A stretch of DNA of 39,903 nt from a virus (lineage: Duplodnaviria; Caudoviricetes). Shown here in pieces: positions 7,361 to 15,700 of the stretch. Made by a program: the position numbers and the translations under genes. Location: the IMG/VR virus record IMGVR_UViG_3300048861_000044, positions 1-39,903 of that record; one strand, given 5' to 3'. The notes beneath the pieces were generated by a model that had not been told where the DNA came from, ran no database searches, and saw only the letters and a list, made by a program, of their open reading frames with translations. Position 1 is the first letter of the stretch. Each line of letters opens with the position of its first letter.

Positions 7361-7828
7361 ATGGCTTCAACGAATTGCACGAAAGAGATTGCTGAATTTT
7401 ATCTGCTCACACAGTCTAAGCTGGCGAGGATCTGGGAGCGCGACGATAAGAAGTGCCGTTGGTGCGGTGTCGCCACCGTCCTGACCAAGCACACCATCCC
7501 GAACCAGGCCACGATCGATCACGTCATCCCTTCATCGAAAGGCGGATCCAGTGAAGATCATAACCTTGTTCTCGCCTGTCTGAAGTGCAATGCCAAGCGA
7601 GGAGACTCGGGAAAGCATCCGAACAAATCCCCGCTACCATGGCGCGCTAACTTTGCCAAACCAACTCCGAAAGAGTTAGAGCAGGAACCTCTGGAGATTG
7701 AGTTGAATCTGGCGCGCACAGCCTACGCGTCGATGAAAGAGAAAGTTGCATATCTGGAATCGCTGACGCCGGTTCAAGTGATGCGGCTATGGCTGCTGAA
7801 GTGGTTGATCAAGAAGGTGCGCCAGTGA
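7361..7828 (+). CDS. HNH endonuclease
   Basis: RDDKKCRWCG...TIDHVIPSSKGGSSEDHNLVLACLKCNAKRG. Confidence 0.92.
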   Translation: MASTNCTKEIAEFYLLTQSKLARIWERDDKKCRWCGVATVLTKHTIPNQATIDHVIPSSKGGSSEDHNLVLACLKCNAKRGDSGKHPNKSPLPWRANFAKPTPKELEQEPLEIELNLARTAYASMKEKVAYLESLTPVQVMRLWLLKWLIKKVRQ

Positions 7829-8001
7829 GGGACTTCAACAGCGTACCGCGCTTCGAATTCACTCGCAACGGTGCGCTTGGTCGCTACGTTGACGCAACAC
7901 ATTTCGGCGACCTGCTTCGTGAATACCGCAAGTTGGATAAGGCTTTTGACGAATTACTAGAGATCGCCAAACAGAATGGCGTGGAGGAAGTATGCAGATA
8001 G
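7825..8001 (+). CDS. Hypothetical protein (MRDFNSVPRF...)
   Basis: GTGA overlap, GAAGG RBS. Confidence 0.55.
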   Translation: MRDFNSVPRFEFTRNGALGRYVDATHFGDLLREYRKLDKAFDELLEIAKQNGVEEVCR

Positions 8002-8249
8002 GTTTGGCAATACGTAGAGCACGTGAGTTATCGGGACTTAGGCAAGATGGGCTCGCTTACCTAATCGGTTGCCCTCGGTCGTACATCTGCAAAATTGAGA
8101 ACGGCAAGTCTGTGCCTCAGCTCGAGCAGATCCGGAGAATCGCTGAAGCCCTTGGAACCACTGCCTCGATGCTTGTTCGCGATGCGGAGAATTTTGTACC
8201 AACGCAGGTGCCTATAGAAGCTGTTAAGTTTTCGAAGTCTCTGCAATGA
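7992..8249 (+). CDS. XRE-family HTH protein, paralogous to 6416-6676
   Basis: IGLAIRRARELSGLRQDGLAYLIGCPRSYICKIENGKSVPQLEQIRRIAEALG; GGAGG RBS. Confidence 0.88.
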   Translation: MQIGLAIRRARELSGLRQDGLAYLIGCPRSYICKIENGKSVPQLEQIRRIAEALGTTASMLVRDAENFVPTQVPIEAVKFSKSLQ

Positions 8250-8276
8250 TGCGAATAGACAACAGTCTCTTGCACA

Positions 8277-8320
8277 CGTGGAGGCCTGACCGTAAGGGGC
8301 CGGGTCTCCACGATTTTTTT
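8277..8320 (+). terminator. Intrinsic terminator ending the rightward early operon
   Basis: CGTGGAGGCCTGACC...GGCCGGGTCTCCACG hairpin followed by ATTTTTTT. Confidence 0.75.
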
Positions 8321-8331
8321 CGAGGTGATGG

Positions 8332-9258
8332 ATGAACGCAATCAAGCAATTCTTCGCAGATCACAAGATCAGCGCCCATACTTTCGCCGCAGCCTGGGCA
8401 ATTGCAGACGTTCTCTGGTACACCAACACAGACTTTCATGCCTACATCTCAGGCTTGCTCGTAGCCCTCCCCGCTTGGCTCCATGCTCTGATCTTCGGCG
8501 TCGTCGTTCCGGTCCTGGTTTATCTCAAAGCGACCAAGAAGCCAGCCAAGGACCCGAATGAGCAGCAGTCAGCATCGAAGAACTTCGCAGCAGCCCTCCT
8601 ACTCTTCGCCCTGCTGCCACTGGTCACGCTCACCGGATGCAAGACAGCCGCAGTGTCCGGCCAGCCTACCGCGCCTAACCTGAATACCCCGTACCAGAAG
8701 GCCGCGCAGGCAATGTCCGCGTTCGCGTCTGACGTCCAGTCCGCGCAACAGATCGTCATCAACCTTCACAAGGGCGGCGTGATCGACAAGCCAACCGACA
8801 CAGCCATCCAGCTGCAGTTCAAGCAGGTTGCGGTCTACGGAAAGCAGATCGACGCGCTGATCCTCGCTCAAGCCTCTGCGGTCACCATTCAGGCTCGCGT
8901 GAACTCTGCTCTCTCCACACTGAGCCAGATCACGGAAGAGACCGGCAAGCTTGATCCCAACACTCTCCTGCAGGTCCAGGTATCCATCCAGGCCATCCAG
9001 CAGGTTCTCGGAACAGTTCTCGCAGCATTCAATCTCACAACGGCAGAGGTGACTTATGGACCCGATTACTATCGCAGCTTTAGCGGAGCAGGGCGTATTG
9101 CTCGCGTTGCAGATCTACAACCAGGTCAAGGCAGCACAGGCACCCGGCGTTACCTTGCGTCCCTTATCGGACCTGGTAGCGGAAGCGGACTCGAAGTTCG
9201 ATCAGATCTCAGCGACAGCGGATGCAGAGATAGCTTCTGCCTAAGGCTCGCGGCGTAG
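8332..9258 (+). CDS. Membrane protein: holin-like N-terminal TM segments, internal lipoprotein signal (LTG-C103), helical domain; candidate lysis protein
   Basis: Two hydrophobic segments, basic linker, KNFAAALLLFALLPLVTLTGC lipobox; GAGGTG RBS; position typical of lysis cassettes. Confidence 0.65.
   Translation: MNAIKQFFADHKISAHTFAAAWAIADVLWYTNTDFHAYISGLLVALPAWLHALIFGVVVPVLVYLKATKKPAKDPNEQQSASKNFAAALLLFALLPLVTLTGCKTAAVSGQPTAPNLNTPYQKAAQAMSAFASDVQSAQQIVINLHKGGVIDKPTDTAIQLQFKQVAVYGKQIDALILAQASAVTIQARVNSALSTLSQITEETGKLDPNTLLQVQVSIQAIQQVLGTVLAAFNLTTAEVTYGPDYYRSFSGAGRIARVADLQPGQGSTGTRRYLASLIGPGSGSGLEVRSDLSDSGCRDSFCLRLAA
9056..9244 (+). CDS. 62-aa protein embedded in another frame within the 8332-9258 gene
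   Basis: GAGGTG RBS 5 nt before ATG; amphipathic helical sequence MDPITIAALAEQGVLLALQIYNQVK. Confidence 0.7.
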   Translation: MDPITIAALAEQGVLLALQIYNQVKAAQAPGVTLRPLSDLVAEADSKFDQISATADAEIASA

Positions 9259-9384
9259 ATGACGCCGCTCAGCATCCTTGTTACATCTTCTGGAAGACAT
9301 GTCTTGGCTACTAAAACTCGTGGTGGTTCCACGGCACAAACCCCCGAAAGTGAGGGAACTAACCAAAGCGAAGGGGGGCCTGAA

Positions 9385-9657
9385 GTGGAGATAGATCGCG
9401 AGGTACTCATGCACATCATTGACTCAAGGGTGAGCGAGGGAATCCGGAAGTGGTACCAGGACTGGATGCTTCCGTTGCATAACGAGAACAAAGAAGAGCT
9501 CAAGGGTATGAGAGAGACTCTCGGGACGCTCGTAGACACCATGAACCAAGGCAAGGGCGGCATGACCGTAGCAAGGCACTCTGTGCGGGTTATCAATTGG
9601 GCTTTAGGTGCCGCCGGTGCAGCCGCGGTTCTAATCATAAGCCACTACTGGAAGTGA
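9385..9657 (+). CDS. Coiled-coil protein with C-terminal TM helix (holin/antiholin-like)
   Basis: GAAGGGGGG RBS before GTG 9385; WALGAAGAAAVLIISHYW C-terminal TM; start could be 9259. Confidence 0.6.
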   Translation: MEIDREVLMHIIDSRVSEGIRKWYQDWMLPLHNENKEELKGMRETLGTLVDTMNQGKGGMTVARHSVRVINWALGAAGAAAVLIISHYWK

Positions 9658-9665
9658 GGCCATCT

Positions 9666-10004
9666 ATGCAGCCAGCGGTAAGCGTGAAGACAATCCTGGT
9701 TGCATACAACGAGCAAGGCTGGCGCATCGGTGAAACTCACCATCGGGCGCGCATCTCGGATGAGACTGTCGAGAAGATCCGCGACCTTCGCGAGTATCGC
9801 TTCTGGACGTACAAAGAGATCGCGAGCCACTTCGAACTGAGCGTCAACACGATCAAGAAGATCTGCTCTTACACCTACCGGACCCAGAGGGCGAGCACGT
9901 GGAAACGGGTTGAGCGGACCCATAACTCCTTGACAGAGCAGTTACGCTCTAGCTACGCGAAGCGCGAGGCGAGCTTGCTCGTCACAGCGCACACGCAACG
10001 CTAG
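9666..10004 (+). CDS. HTH DNA-binding protein; candidate late-gene activator
   Basis: GETHHRARISDETVEKIRDLRE..WTYKEIASHFELSVNTIKKIC HTH; GAGG RBS; immediately upstream of terminase genes. Confidence 0.7.
   Translation: MQPAVSVKTILVAYNEQGWRIGETHHRARISDETVEKIRDLREYRFWTYKEIASHFELSVNTIKKICSYTYRTQRASTWKRVERTHNSLTEQLRSSYAKREASLLVTAHTQR
9917..9948 (+). promoter_or_regulatory. Late promoter motif 1: GACCCATAAC-N16-TACGCT
   Basis: Exact 10-mer shared with three intergenic copies, followed by a -10-like hexamer. Confidence 0.65.
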
Positions 10005-10028
10005 AGTGAACAGGAAGGAATAAACCCT

Positions 10029-10217
10029 ATGAAGCTTGGAACTCACAAAGAACGAATGGCGGCATTGGAATCTGCTTTCGAGGCTGCTATCTCCTCTAGC
10101 GACAAGGCGTCGATTGTTCTCGCTGCTGCTCAGATTGACAGGGAGAACTTCTACCAGACCCGCGAAGAGAGCAGCCGTCTTGGGCAGAACTATTGCCAGT
10201 CACAAGCGCAGGCCTAA
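10029..10217 (+). CDS. Hypothetical protein
   Basis: AGGAAGGA RBS; fills the gap before terS. Confidence 0.55.
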   Translation: MKLGTHKERMAALESAFEAAISSSDKASIVLAAAQIDRENFYQTREESSRLGQNYCQSQAQA

Positions 10218-10228
10218 AGGGACATGGT

Positions 10229-10612
10229 ATGGCCACAGGTAACAGAGGTAAAACAGAGAATTTGATCCCTTATAAGCCGGGACAGTCGGGAAATCCGAGT
10301 GGACGGCCTAAGCGTGCGCCTGTTACGGACTATTTGCGCGACCAGCTTGAGATGGAAGTTCCTAAGGAATTGCTGGATAGAGTCAGCCCACAGGAACTCT
10401 TGATGATGAAACTGGTAATGGGAGAGAAGCCAACATTCGGCCAGTTCGTTGCGTTCAAGTCTATTCAGGCCACACTGAAGGGCGACATTTTTGCGCTCAA
10501 AGAGGTTCTTGACCGTGTTGAGGGCAAGGTGACCCAGAAAGTTGATCATGGCGGGCGGATTACGCTTGAGACGCTTCTGACCTCTGGACATGAGGGCGAG
10601 TCGAGTGAATGA
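10229..10612 (+). CDS. terS: Terminase small subunit (DUF5681-like N-terminal motif)
   Basis: ENLIPYKPGQSGNPSGRPK, VLDRVEGKVTQKVD; ATGA overlap with terL. Confidence 0.8.
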   Translation: MATGNRGKTENLIPYKPGQSGNPSGRPKRAPVTDYLRDQLEMEVPKELLDRVSPQELLMMKLVMGEKPTFGQFVAFKSIQATLKGDIFALKEVLDRVEGKVTQKVDHGGRITLETLLTSGHEGESSE

Positions 10613-12066
10613 CAGACGCTCAGTTACAAGCCTCCGCAAAGCTTAGGGAATGGAAGCACGATCCCATCAAGTTCGTGCGCGAGGTGTTCAAAGTCGAGCC
10701 GGACGCATGGCAGGCTGACACCCTCGCTCATCTCGGCAAGCCTGGACGTAAGCGTATTGCCATGAAAGCCTGCGCTGGCCCTGGCAAGACGGCTTTGCTC
10801 GCATGGGCTGGATGGCATCGCCTTACCTGCTTTGCGGCCAAGAATGAGCATCCCAAAGGCGCCGCAGTCTCGATCACCTCTGACAACCTGCGAGATAACC
10901 TCTGGGCTGAGCTGGCACGTTGGCAGAACGAAAGCCCGTTCTTGCTTCATGCGTTTCAATGGCAGAAGGAGCGTATCTTCGCCAAGGATCATCCCGAGAC
11001 GTGGTTCCTCGCGGCAAAGGGCTGGTCCAAGACTGCGGACATGGATGCGATCGGGCGCACGCTGTCTGGTATGCACTCGCGCTTCCCGTTCTACCTGATC
11101 GATGAGTCTGGCGATATTCCACCCCAGATGATGCGCTCGGCTGAGCAGGGCCTTACCAGCTGCGAGGATGGCTGCATCCTGACTGCGGGCAACACCACAA
11201 GCCAGACCGGGCTGCTGTACGAGGTCAGCACAAAGAACCGGGACCAGTGGGAAGTGATCAGCATCACGGCTGACCCGGATGATCCCAAGCGCACACCTCG
11301 CGTCGATATCGAGTGGGCAGCCGAGCAGATCAAGCTTTATGGGCGTGAGAATCCTTGGGTAATGGCCTACATCCTCGGTCAGTTCCCATCGGGCGCCATC
11401 AATGCGCTGCTGTCAATTGAGGATGTCGAGGCTGCCATCGGTCGACGGCCTGTGCCTGGCTCCTATGAGTGGGCGCAGAAGCGGCTGGGCAATGACGTTG
11501 CGCGCTTCGGTGATGACCGCACTGTGACCTTCCCGCGTCAGGGCCTTGTGGCCTTCCAGCCCATAGTCCAGCGTCACAAGCGGGATTCGGCCGTCAGCGT
11601 GGCTATTGCCGGCACGGTCATGAATAAGAAGGCCGAGTGGAACTCGGAGATGGAGTTCTTTGATGACACGGTAGGCTGGGCCCATGGTGCTGTCGACGTG
11701 ATGCGCGCCAACGGTCATTCGCCTGTGGCTGTCGAGTTCAATGGTGCATCCATCAACCCTCGGTTCTACAACAAGCGTGCCGAGATGTGGTGGAGCATGG
11801 CCGAATGGGTCAAAGCCGGTGGTTGCTTGCCTCCCATCCCTGAACTGATCGGGGAACTTACCAGCCCAACATACTTCTTTGCCCCGAATGGCAAGCTGCA
11901 GATTGAGTCCAAGGACCAGATCAAGAAACGGCTGGGCAAGTCGCCAGACCTCGCGGATGCGCTTGCCCTGACCTTCGCTCTGCCTGACATGCCTGGCGAC
12001 ATGGGAGATGTGAGGCTGCCCAAGCGTCAGACTCAGCGCGACTACGACCCTTACGCTCGGATGTAG
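10609..12066 (+). CDS. terL: Terminase large subunit
   Basis: Walker A-like ACAGPGKT, Walker B YLIDES, TAGN, nuclease DVARFGDDRT and SPDLADAL. Confidence 0.95.
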   Translation: MTDAQLQASAKLREWKHDPIKFVREVFKVEPDAWQADTLAHLGKPGRKRIAMKACAGPGKTALLAWAGWHRLTCFAAKNEHPKGAAVSITSDNLRDNLWAELARWQNESPFLLHAFQWQKERIFAKDHPETWFLAAKGWSKTADMDAIGRTLSGMHSRFPFYLIDESGDIPPQMMRSAEQGLTSCEDGCILTAGNTTSQTGLLYEVSTKNRDQWEVISITADPDDPKRTPRVDIEWAAEQIKLYGRENPWVMAYILGQFPSGAINALLSIEDVEAAIGRRPVPGSYEWAQKRLGNDVARFGDDRTVTFPRQGLVAFQPIVQRHKRDSAVSVAIAGTVMNKKAEWNSEMEFFDDTVGWAHGAVDVMRANGHSPVAVEFNGASINPRFYNKRAEMWWSMAEWVKAGGCLPPIPELIGELTSPTYFFAPNGKLQIESKDQIKKRLGKSPDLADALALTFALPDMPGDMGDVRLPKRQTQRDYDPYARM

Positions 12067-12097
12067 ACCCATAACCCAGCATAAGCACTTCTACCAT
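12066..12097 (+). promoter_or_regulatory. Late promoter motif 2: GACCCATAAC-N16-TACCAT (leaderless start at 12104)
   Basis: Overlaps the terL TAG; GTG start 6 nt after the -10 hexamer, no SD. Confidence 0.75.
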
Positions 12098-12103
12098 CGG
12101 GCA

Positions 12104-12559
12104 GTGCTTCGTGTGCTTCCAGTACGTGCTGCTGACCTGTTCTCCGCTCTCGGCGGGGAATCGCTGTTTGCTGCTTATGCTGAAGAGTGCTGTATCCCCG
12201 CGATCGGCAAGCCCGCACCCCAGACTCAGATGTACCAGGTCATGGAAGATTCAGGCCTGATGAAGTGCTTTGGGCTCTATGACGGGCCTCGGGTTGTCGG
12301 CTTCGCATCCGTACTGACCTCAGTCCTCCCTCACTACGGCAAGCTCGTAGCCACGGTTGAGAGCATCTTTGTCGATGCGGAGTACCGCGGTGGATTCGGG
12401 AGCGCTCAGCTTATTAGGGCTATCGAGGCCTTTGCTGGTGCCTCTGGATGCGTGGTCATCTTGTACAGCGCCCCAGCCGGTGGAGCTCTTGAGGATTCGT
12501 TTGGTGGACGCCCGGAGTATGAGCGCACCAATAGCGTCTTTTGCCGGAGGCTGCCATGA
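12104..12559 (+). CDS. GNAT-family acetyltransferase
   Basis: VVGFASV...VESIFVDAEYRGGFGSAQLIRAIEAFA...GC acetyl-CoA binding motif. Confidence 0.85.
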   Translation: MLRVLPVRAADLFSALGGESLFAAYAEECCIPAIGKPAPQTQMYQVMEDSGLMKCFGLYDGPRVVGFASVLTSVLPHYGKLVATVESIFVDAEYRGGFGSAQLIRAIEAFAGASGCVVILYSAPAGGALEDSFGGRPEYERTNSVFCRRLP

Positions 12560-12765
12560 CAGTAGAGCAAGCAAATCAGCAGGCACAGGAAAAGTATGGA
12601 ACGAAAGCTAATGCATGGTTGGTTCCTATTGCTGAGTTTGGCCATCGCGTCCAGTTTGAGGATGCCGACGGCCAGATGTGGGAAACAGGAGCCCGGTCTT
12701 TTGAAGAGGCTTTCGATATGCTTGCGCGCTTCGATTTTGCTGGACACCTTGCGAGGATGGCATGA
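12556..12765 (+). CDS. Hypothetical protein
   Basis: GGAGG RBS, ATGA overlaps at both ends. Confidence 0.65.
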   Translation: MTVEQANQQAQEKYGTKANAWLVPIAEFGHRVQFEDADGQMWETGARSFEEAFDMLARFDFAGHLARMA

Positions 12766-13295
12766 CAAGCCAAGAAGAAATGCCGGATGGCTTCCCTGAG
12801 TCGACTTATGCGACTTTGGCTAACGTCGAGGCCAGCGTGAATTCTTTAGCTCGGGACATCCTCTCTGTGCCTCCGTCCGGAGCTGCTGCCATGATGGCCG
12901 TTCGCATGGTTGAGGCGCTCGTAGAAGCATCGGAGCAGATTGATCTCTCTACTCATCATGTTCTGCATGGGGGGATGTATTCGCGCACGATCCATTTGGA
13001 TGGTGGGACCATAATCACCGGAGCACTGATCAAGATTCCTACACTCTTGGTGTTCAGCGGTAACGCCTATGTGTTGATTGGCACTGAGTGGGTAGACTTT
13101 GAAGGCTATGGCGTCATTCCCGCAAGCGCGGGACGCAAGCAGGCCTTTGTAGCGCGGACCCCAGTCGATCTCACGATGATCTTCCCAACGCAGGCCAAGA
13201 CAGTAGAGGAAGCCGAGCGCGAGTTTACCGATGATGCTGACAGACTGATGTCTCGCCGCAGCACTCGGGACGTAGTCGTGATCACAGGAGAATAG
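12762..13295 (+). CDS. Conserved phage protein with a predicted cupin-like beta-barrel
   Basis: HHVLHGGMYSRTIHL..GTIITGALIKIPTLLVFSG...ASAGRKQAF. Confidence 0.65.
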   Translation: MTSQEEMPDGFPESTYATLANVEASVNSLARDILSVPPSGAAAMMAVRMVEALVEASEQIDLSTHHVLHGGMYSRTIHLDGGTIITGALIKIPTLLVFSGNAYVLIGTEWVDFEGYGVIPASAGRKQAFVARTPVDLTMIFPTQAKTVEEAEREFTDDADRLMSRRSTRDVVVITGE

Positions 13296-13297
13296 GC

Positions 13298-13651
13298 ATG
13301 TCAGGAGCTCTAGCAGCTACGATCATCGCGGGAGTTGGAGCGGCGGCAGCAGTCGGCAGCACTGCCTATGCCATCAAGGCCGGTGGCGACCAGCAGGACG
13401 CGCAGCAGCAATCGCTGAAGCAGCAGAACACAGCACAGCAGAAGGCGGAATCCGCGAGCCTGTCCAATCAACGCAAGAGTCAGGTAGCTCAGGGCGCGGT
13501 GAACCAGAAGACTCCGGATGTAGCGTCCATCCTCGCCCGCGCAGCTACAGCAGGCAATGCGGGCCAGTCCAGCACCATGCTTACAGGGCCTGGGGGAATC
13601 GATCCATCTGGCCTGAATCTTGGCAAGGGAAGCACGTTACTTGGAGGCTAG
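13298..13651 (+). CDS. Small pre-portal virion/assembly protein
   Basis: Hydrophobic Ala/Gly N-terminus, Q-rich coil, C-terminal STMLTGPGG...TLLGG typical of genes preceding T7/BPP-1-like portals. Confidence 0.7.
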   Translation: MSGALAATIIAGVGAAAAVGSTAYAIKAGGDQQDAQQQSLKQQNTAQQKAESASLSNQRKSQVAQGAVNQKTPDVASILARAATAGNAGQSSTMLTGPGGIDPSGLNLGKGSTLLGG

Positions 13652-13654
13652 GGC

Positions 13655-15349
13655 ATGACGGATCAAGAGGTCTCCAAAAAGCGCACGCAACTGCTCCAGC
13701 GATGGACAGCTCTCAAAACAGAGCGCTCGTCATGGATGGGTCACTGGCAGGAGCTGAGCACCTATCTCCTCCCGCGCAATGGCCGATTCTTCGTCCAGGA
13801 TCGCGACCGCGGCAACCGGCGGAATGGCAACATCTACGACAACACAGCAACCCGAGCCCTCCGCACACTTGGCGCCGGCATGATGTCGGGAGCTACCAGC
13901 CCTGCGCGTCCGTGGTTCCGTCTCGGCACACCTGACCCAGACATGAACGCCTATCAGCCAGTGAAGATCTGGCTGGATGACGTCTCGCGGCGTATGCACA
14001 TGGTCTTCCAGAAGTCGAACACCTACCGAGCCCTACATCAGATCTATGGCGAGCTAGGAGCGTTCGGCACTGCGGCCTCCATCATCCTTCCCGATTTCGA
14101 TACCGTGATCCACCAGTACTCCCTTACCTGTGGGGAATACTGCATCGCCACAGACTGGCAGGGCAACGTATGCACCCTCTATCGCGAGTTTCAGAAGCAG
14201 GTATCAGAGATCGTCAAAGAGTTCGGCTACGCCAACTGCTCGCAGACGGTGCAGAGTCTTTACAACAACAACGGCCTTGACGCTTGGGTAACCATCATCC
14301 ATGCCATAGAGCCCCGCGCTGATCGCGACCCGTCCAAGAAGGACGCCAAGAACATGGAGTGGGCCAGCTACTACTTCGAGATCGGCAACGAGGGCAAGTT
14401 CCTGCGTGAGAGCGGATTCAAGCGCTTTCCTGGTGTAGCGCCGCGGTGGGATCTGTCCGGCGGCGACATCTACGGCAACTCGCCGGGTATGGAAGCCCTA
14501 GGCGATATCAAGCAGTTGCAGCATGAGCAGCTACGCAAAGCTCAGGCGATCGACTACAAAACGAACCCTCCATTGGCAGCGCCCAGCAGTATGAAGAACA
14601 GGGATATCGAGCGGCTACCTGGTGGCGTCACCTTCTACCCAGATGGTGGCAGTACAGGCAAGATTGAGAGCATGTTCGAGGTCAATCTGGAGCTCAACTA
14701 CCTGCTTCAGGACATTCAGGACGTGCGCCAGCGCATCAATTCGACGTTCTTCTCTGACCTGTTCCTGATGTTGGCTAACTCCTCTGATGTGCGCATGACA
14801 GCCACCGAAGTGGCAATGCGGCAGGAAGAGAAGATGCTGATGCTTGGCCCGGTGCTAGAACGCCTGGACAACGAACTGCTCTATCCGCTGATCGATTCCA
14901 CGTTCTCCTACATGATCGAAGCTGGAGCGATCCCACCGGCTCCGGATGAGATGCAAGGTATGGAGTTGAATGTAGAGATGATCTCCATGCTGGCACAGGC
15001 CCAGCGAGCCATTGGCGTAAACGGAATTGATCGCATGGTCGGAAACCTCGGCGTAGTGGCCCAGATGAAACCGGATGTGCTCGATAAGTTCGACGCAGAC
15101 ACATGGGTAGACGAGTATAGCGACATGCTAGGGGTGGATCCACGGTTGATTGTGGCCAGCGACCAGGTCGCGATCATCCGTCAGAAGCGCGCAGACGCAC
15201 AGGCAGCTGCTGCGAAGTCGGCAGCAATGGAGCAGATGTCGAAGACGGCCAGCAACTTGGGCTCTGTTGCTACGACGGGACCAGGCAATGCTGCTCAGGA
15301 TCTCATGTCGCAGTTCAGCGGCTACACCACAGGGGGTACGCAACAATGA
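13655..15349 (+). CDS. Portal (head-tail connector) protein, T7 gp8/BPP-1 type
   Basis: IYDNTATRALRTLGAGMMSGATSPARPWF, PRW...YGNSPGMEALGDIKQLQ, MTATEV..RQEEK..LGPVLERL. Confidence 0.95.
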   Translation: MTDQEVSKKRTQLLQRWTALKTERSSWMGHWQELSTYLLPRNGRFFVQDRDRGNRRNGNIYDNTATRALRTLGAGMMSGATSPARPWFRLGTPDPDMNAYQPVKIWLDDVSRRMHMVFQKSNTYRALHQIYGELGAFGTAASIILPDFDTVIHQYSLTCGEYCIATDWQGNVCTLYREFQKQVSEIVKEFGYANCSQTVQSLYNNNGLDAWVTIIHAIEPRADRDPSKKDAKNMEWASYYFEIGNEGKFLRESGFKRFPGVAPRWDLSGGDIYGNSPGMEALGDIKQLQHEQLRKAQAIDYKTNPPLAAPSSMKNRDIERLPGGVTFYPDGGSTGKIESMFEVNLELNYLLQDIQDVRQRINSTFFSDLFLMLANSSDVRMTATEVAMRQEEKMLMLGPVLERLDNELLYPLIDSTFSYMIEAGAIPPAPDEMQGMELNVEMISMLAQAQRAIGVNGIDRMVGNLGVVAQMKPDVLDKFDADTWVDEYSDMLGVDPRLIVASDQVAIIRQKRADAQAAAAKSAAMEQMSKTASNLGSVATTGPGNAAQDLMSQFSGYTTGGTQQ

Positions 15350-15663
15350 CCACACTCATCAACATGGAACTCACGGCCGCAGAGGCAAAACAGGAAGTAT
15401 CTCCCGAGGCTGAAGCCCCGAAATATCCTTGGGGCCTTTGCCTCACGCTCGATAACGAGTCGTTGAAGAAGCTCAACATCGATACTCTTCCCACAATCGG
15501 CACGAAGATGCGCATCATTGCTGAGGTCGAAGTGTCCGCAGTCCGCTCCTATGCAGGACAGGGCGAAGCAGACACCAGCGTCGATCTTCAGGTGACCGAC
15601 ATGGCCATCGATGATGGCTCGAGCGCAATGACTCGTGCAGCCGGCACTCTCTACGGGAAATAG
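15346..15663 (+). CDS. Capsid staple/cement protein similar to epsilon15 gp10
   Basis: YPWGLCLTLDNESLKKL...LPTIG...VDLQVTDM, matching my recollection of epsilon15 gp10. Confidence 0.75.
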   Translation: MTTLINMELTAAEAKQEVSPEAEAPKYPWGLCLTLDNESLKKLNIDTLPTIGTKMRIIAEVEVSAVRSYAGQGEADTSVDLQVTDMAIDDGSSAMTRAAGTLYGK

Positions 15664-15693
15664 ACCCATAACTTGAAATCACCACGCTACCTT
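15663..15693 (+). promoter_or_regulatory. Late promoter motif 3: GACCCATAAC-N15-TACCTT (leaderless start at 15701)
   Basis: Overlaps the upstream TAG; GTG start 7 nt after the -10 hexamer, no SD. Confidence 0.75.
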
Positions 15694-15700
15694 CACCATT

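Noticed and set aside
7825-8001. Paralogy with the 38114-38374 ORF (V.R(F/Y)...G.YV...(F/Y)..LL)
   Set aside because: Too weak to support by eye
9930-9959. Sigma70 promoter from TTGACA at 9930-9935
   Set aside because: No good -10 at 17 bp; the GACCCATAAC geometry shared with three other sites explains the region better
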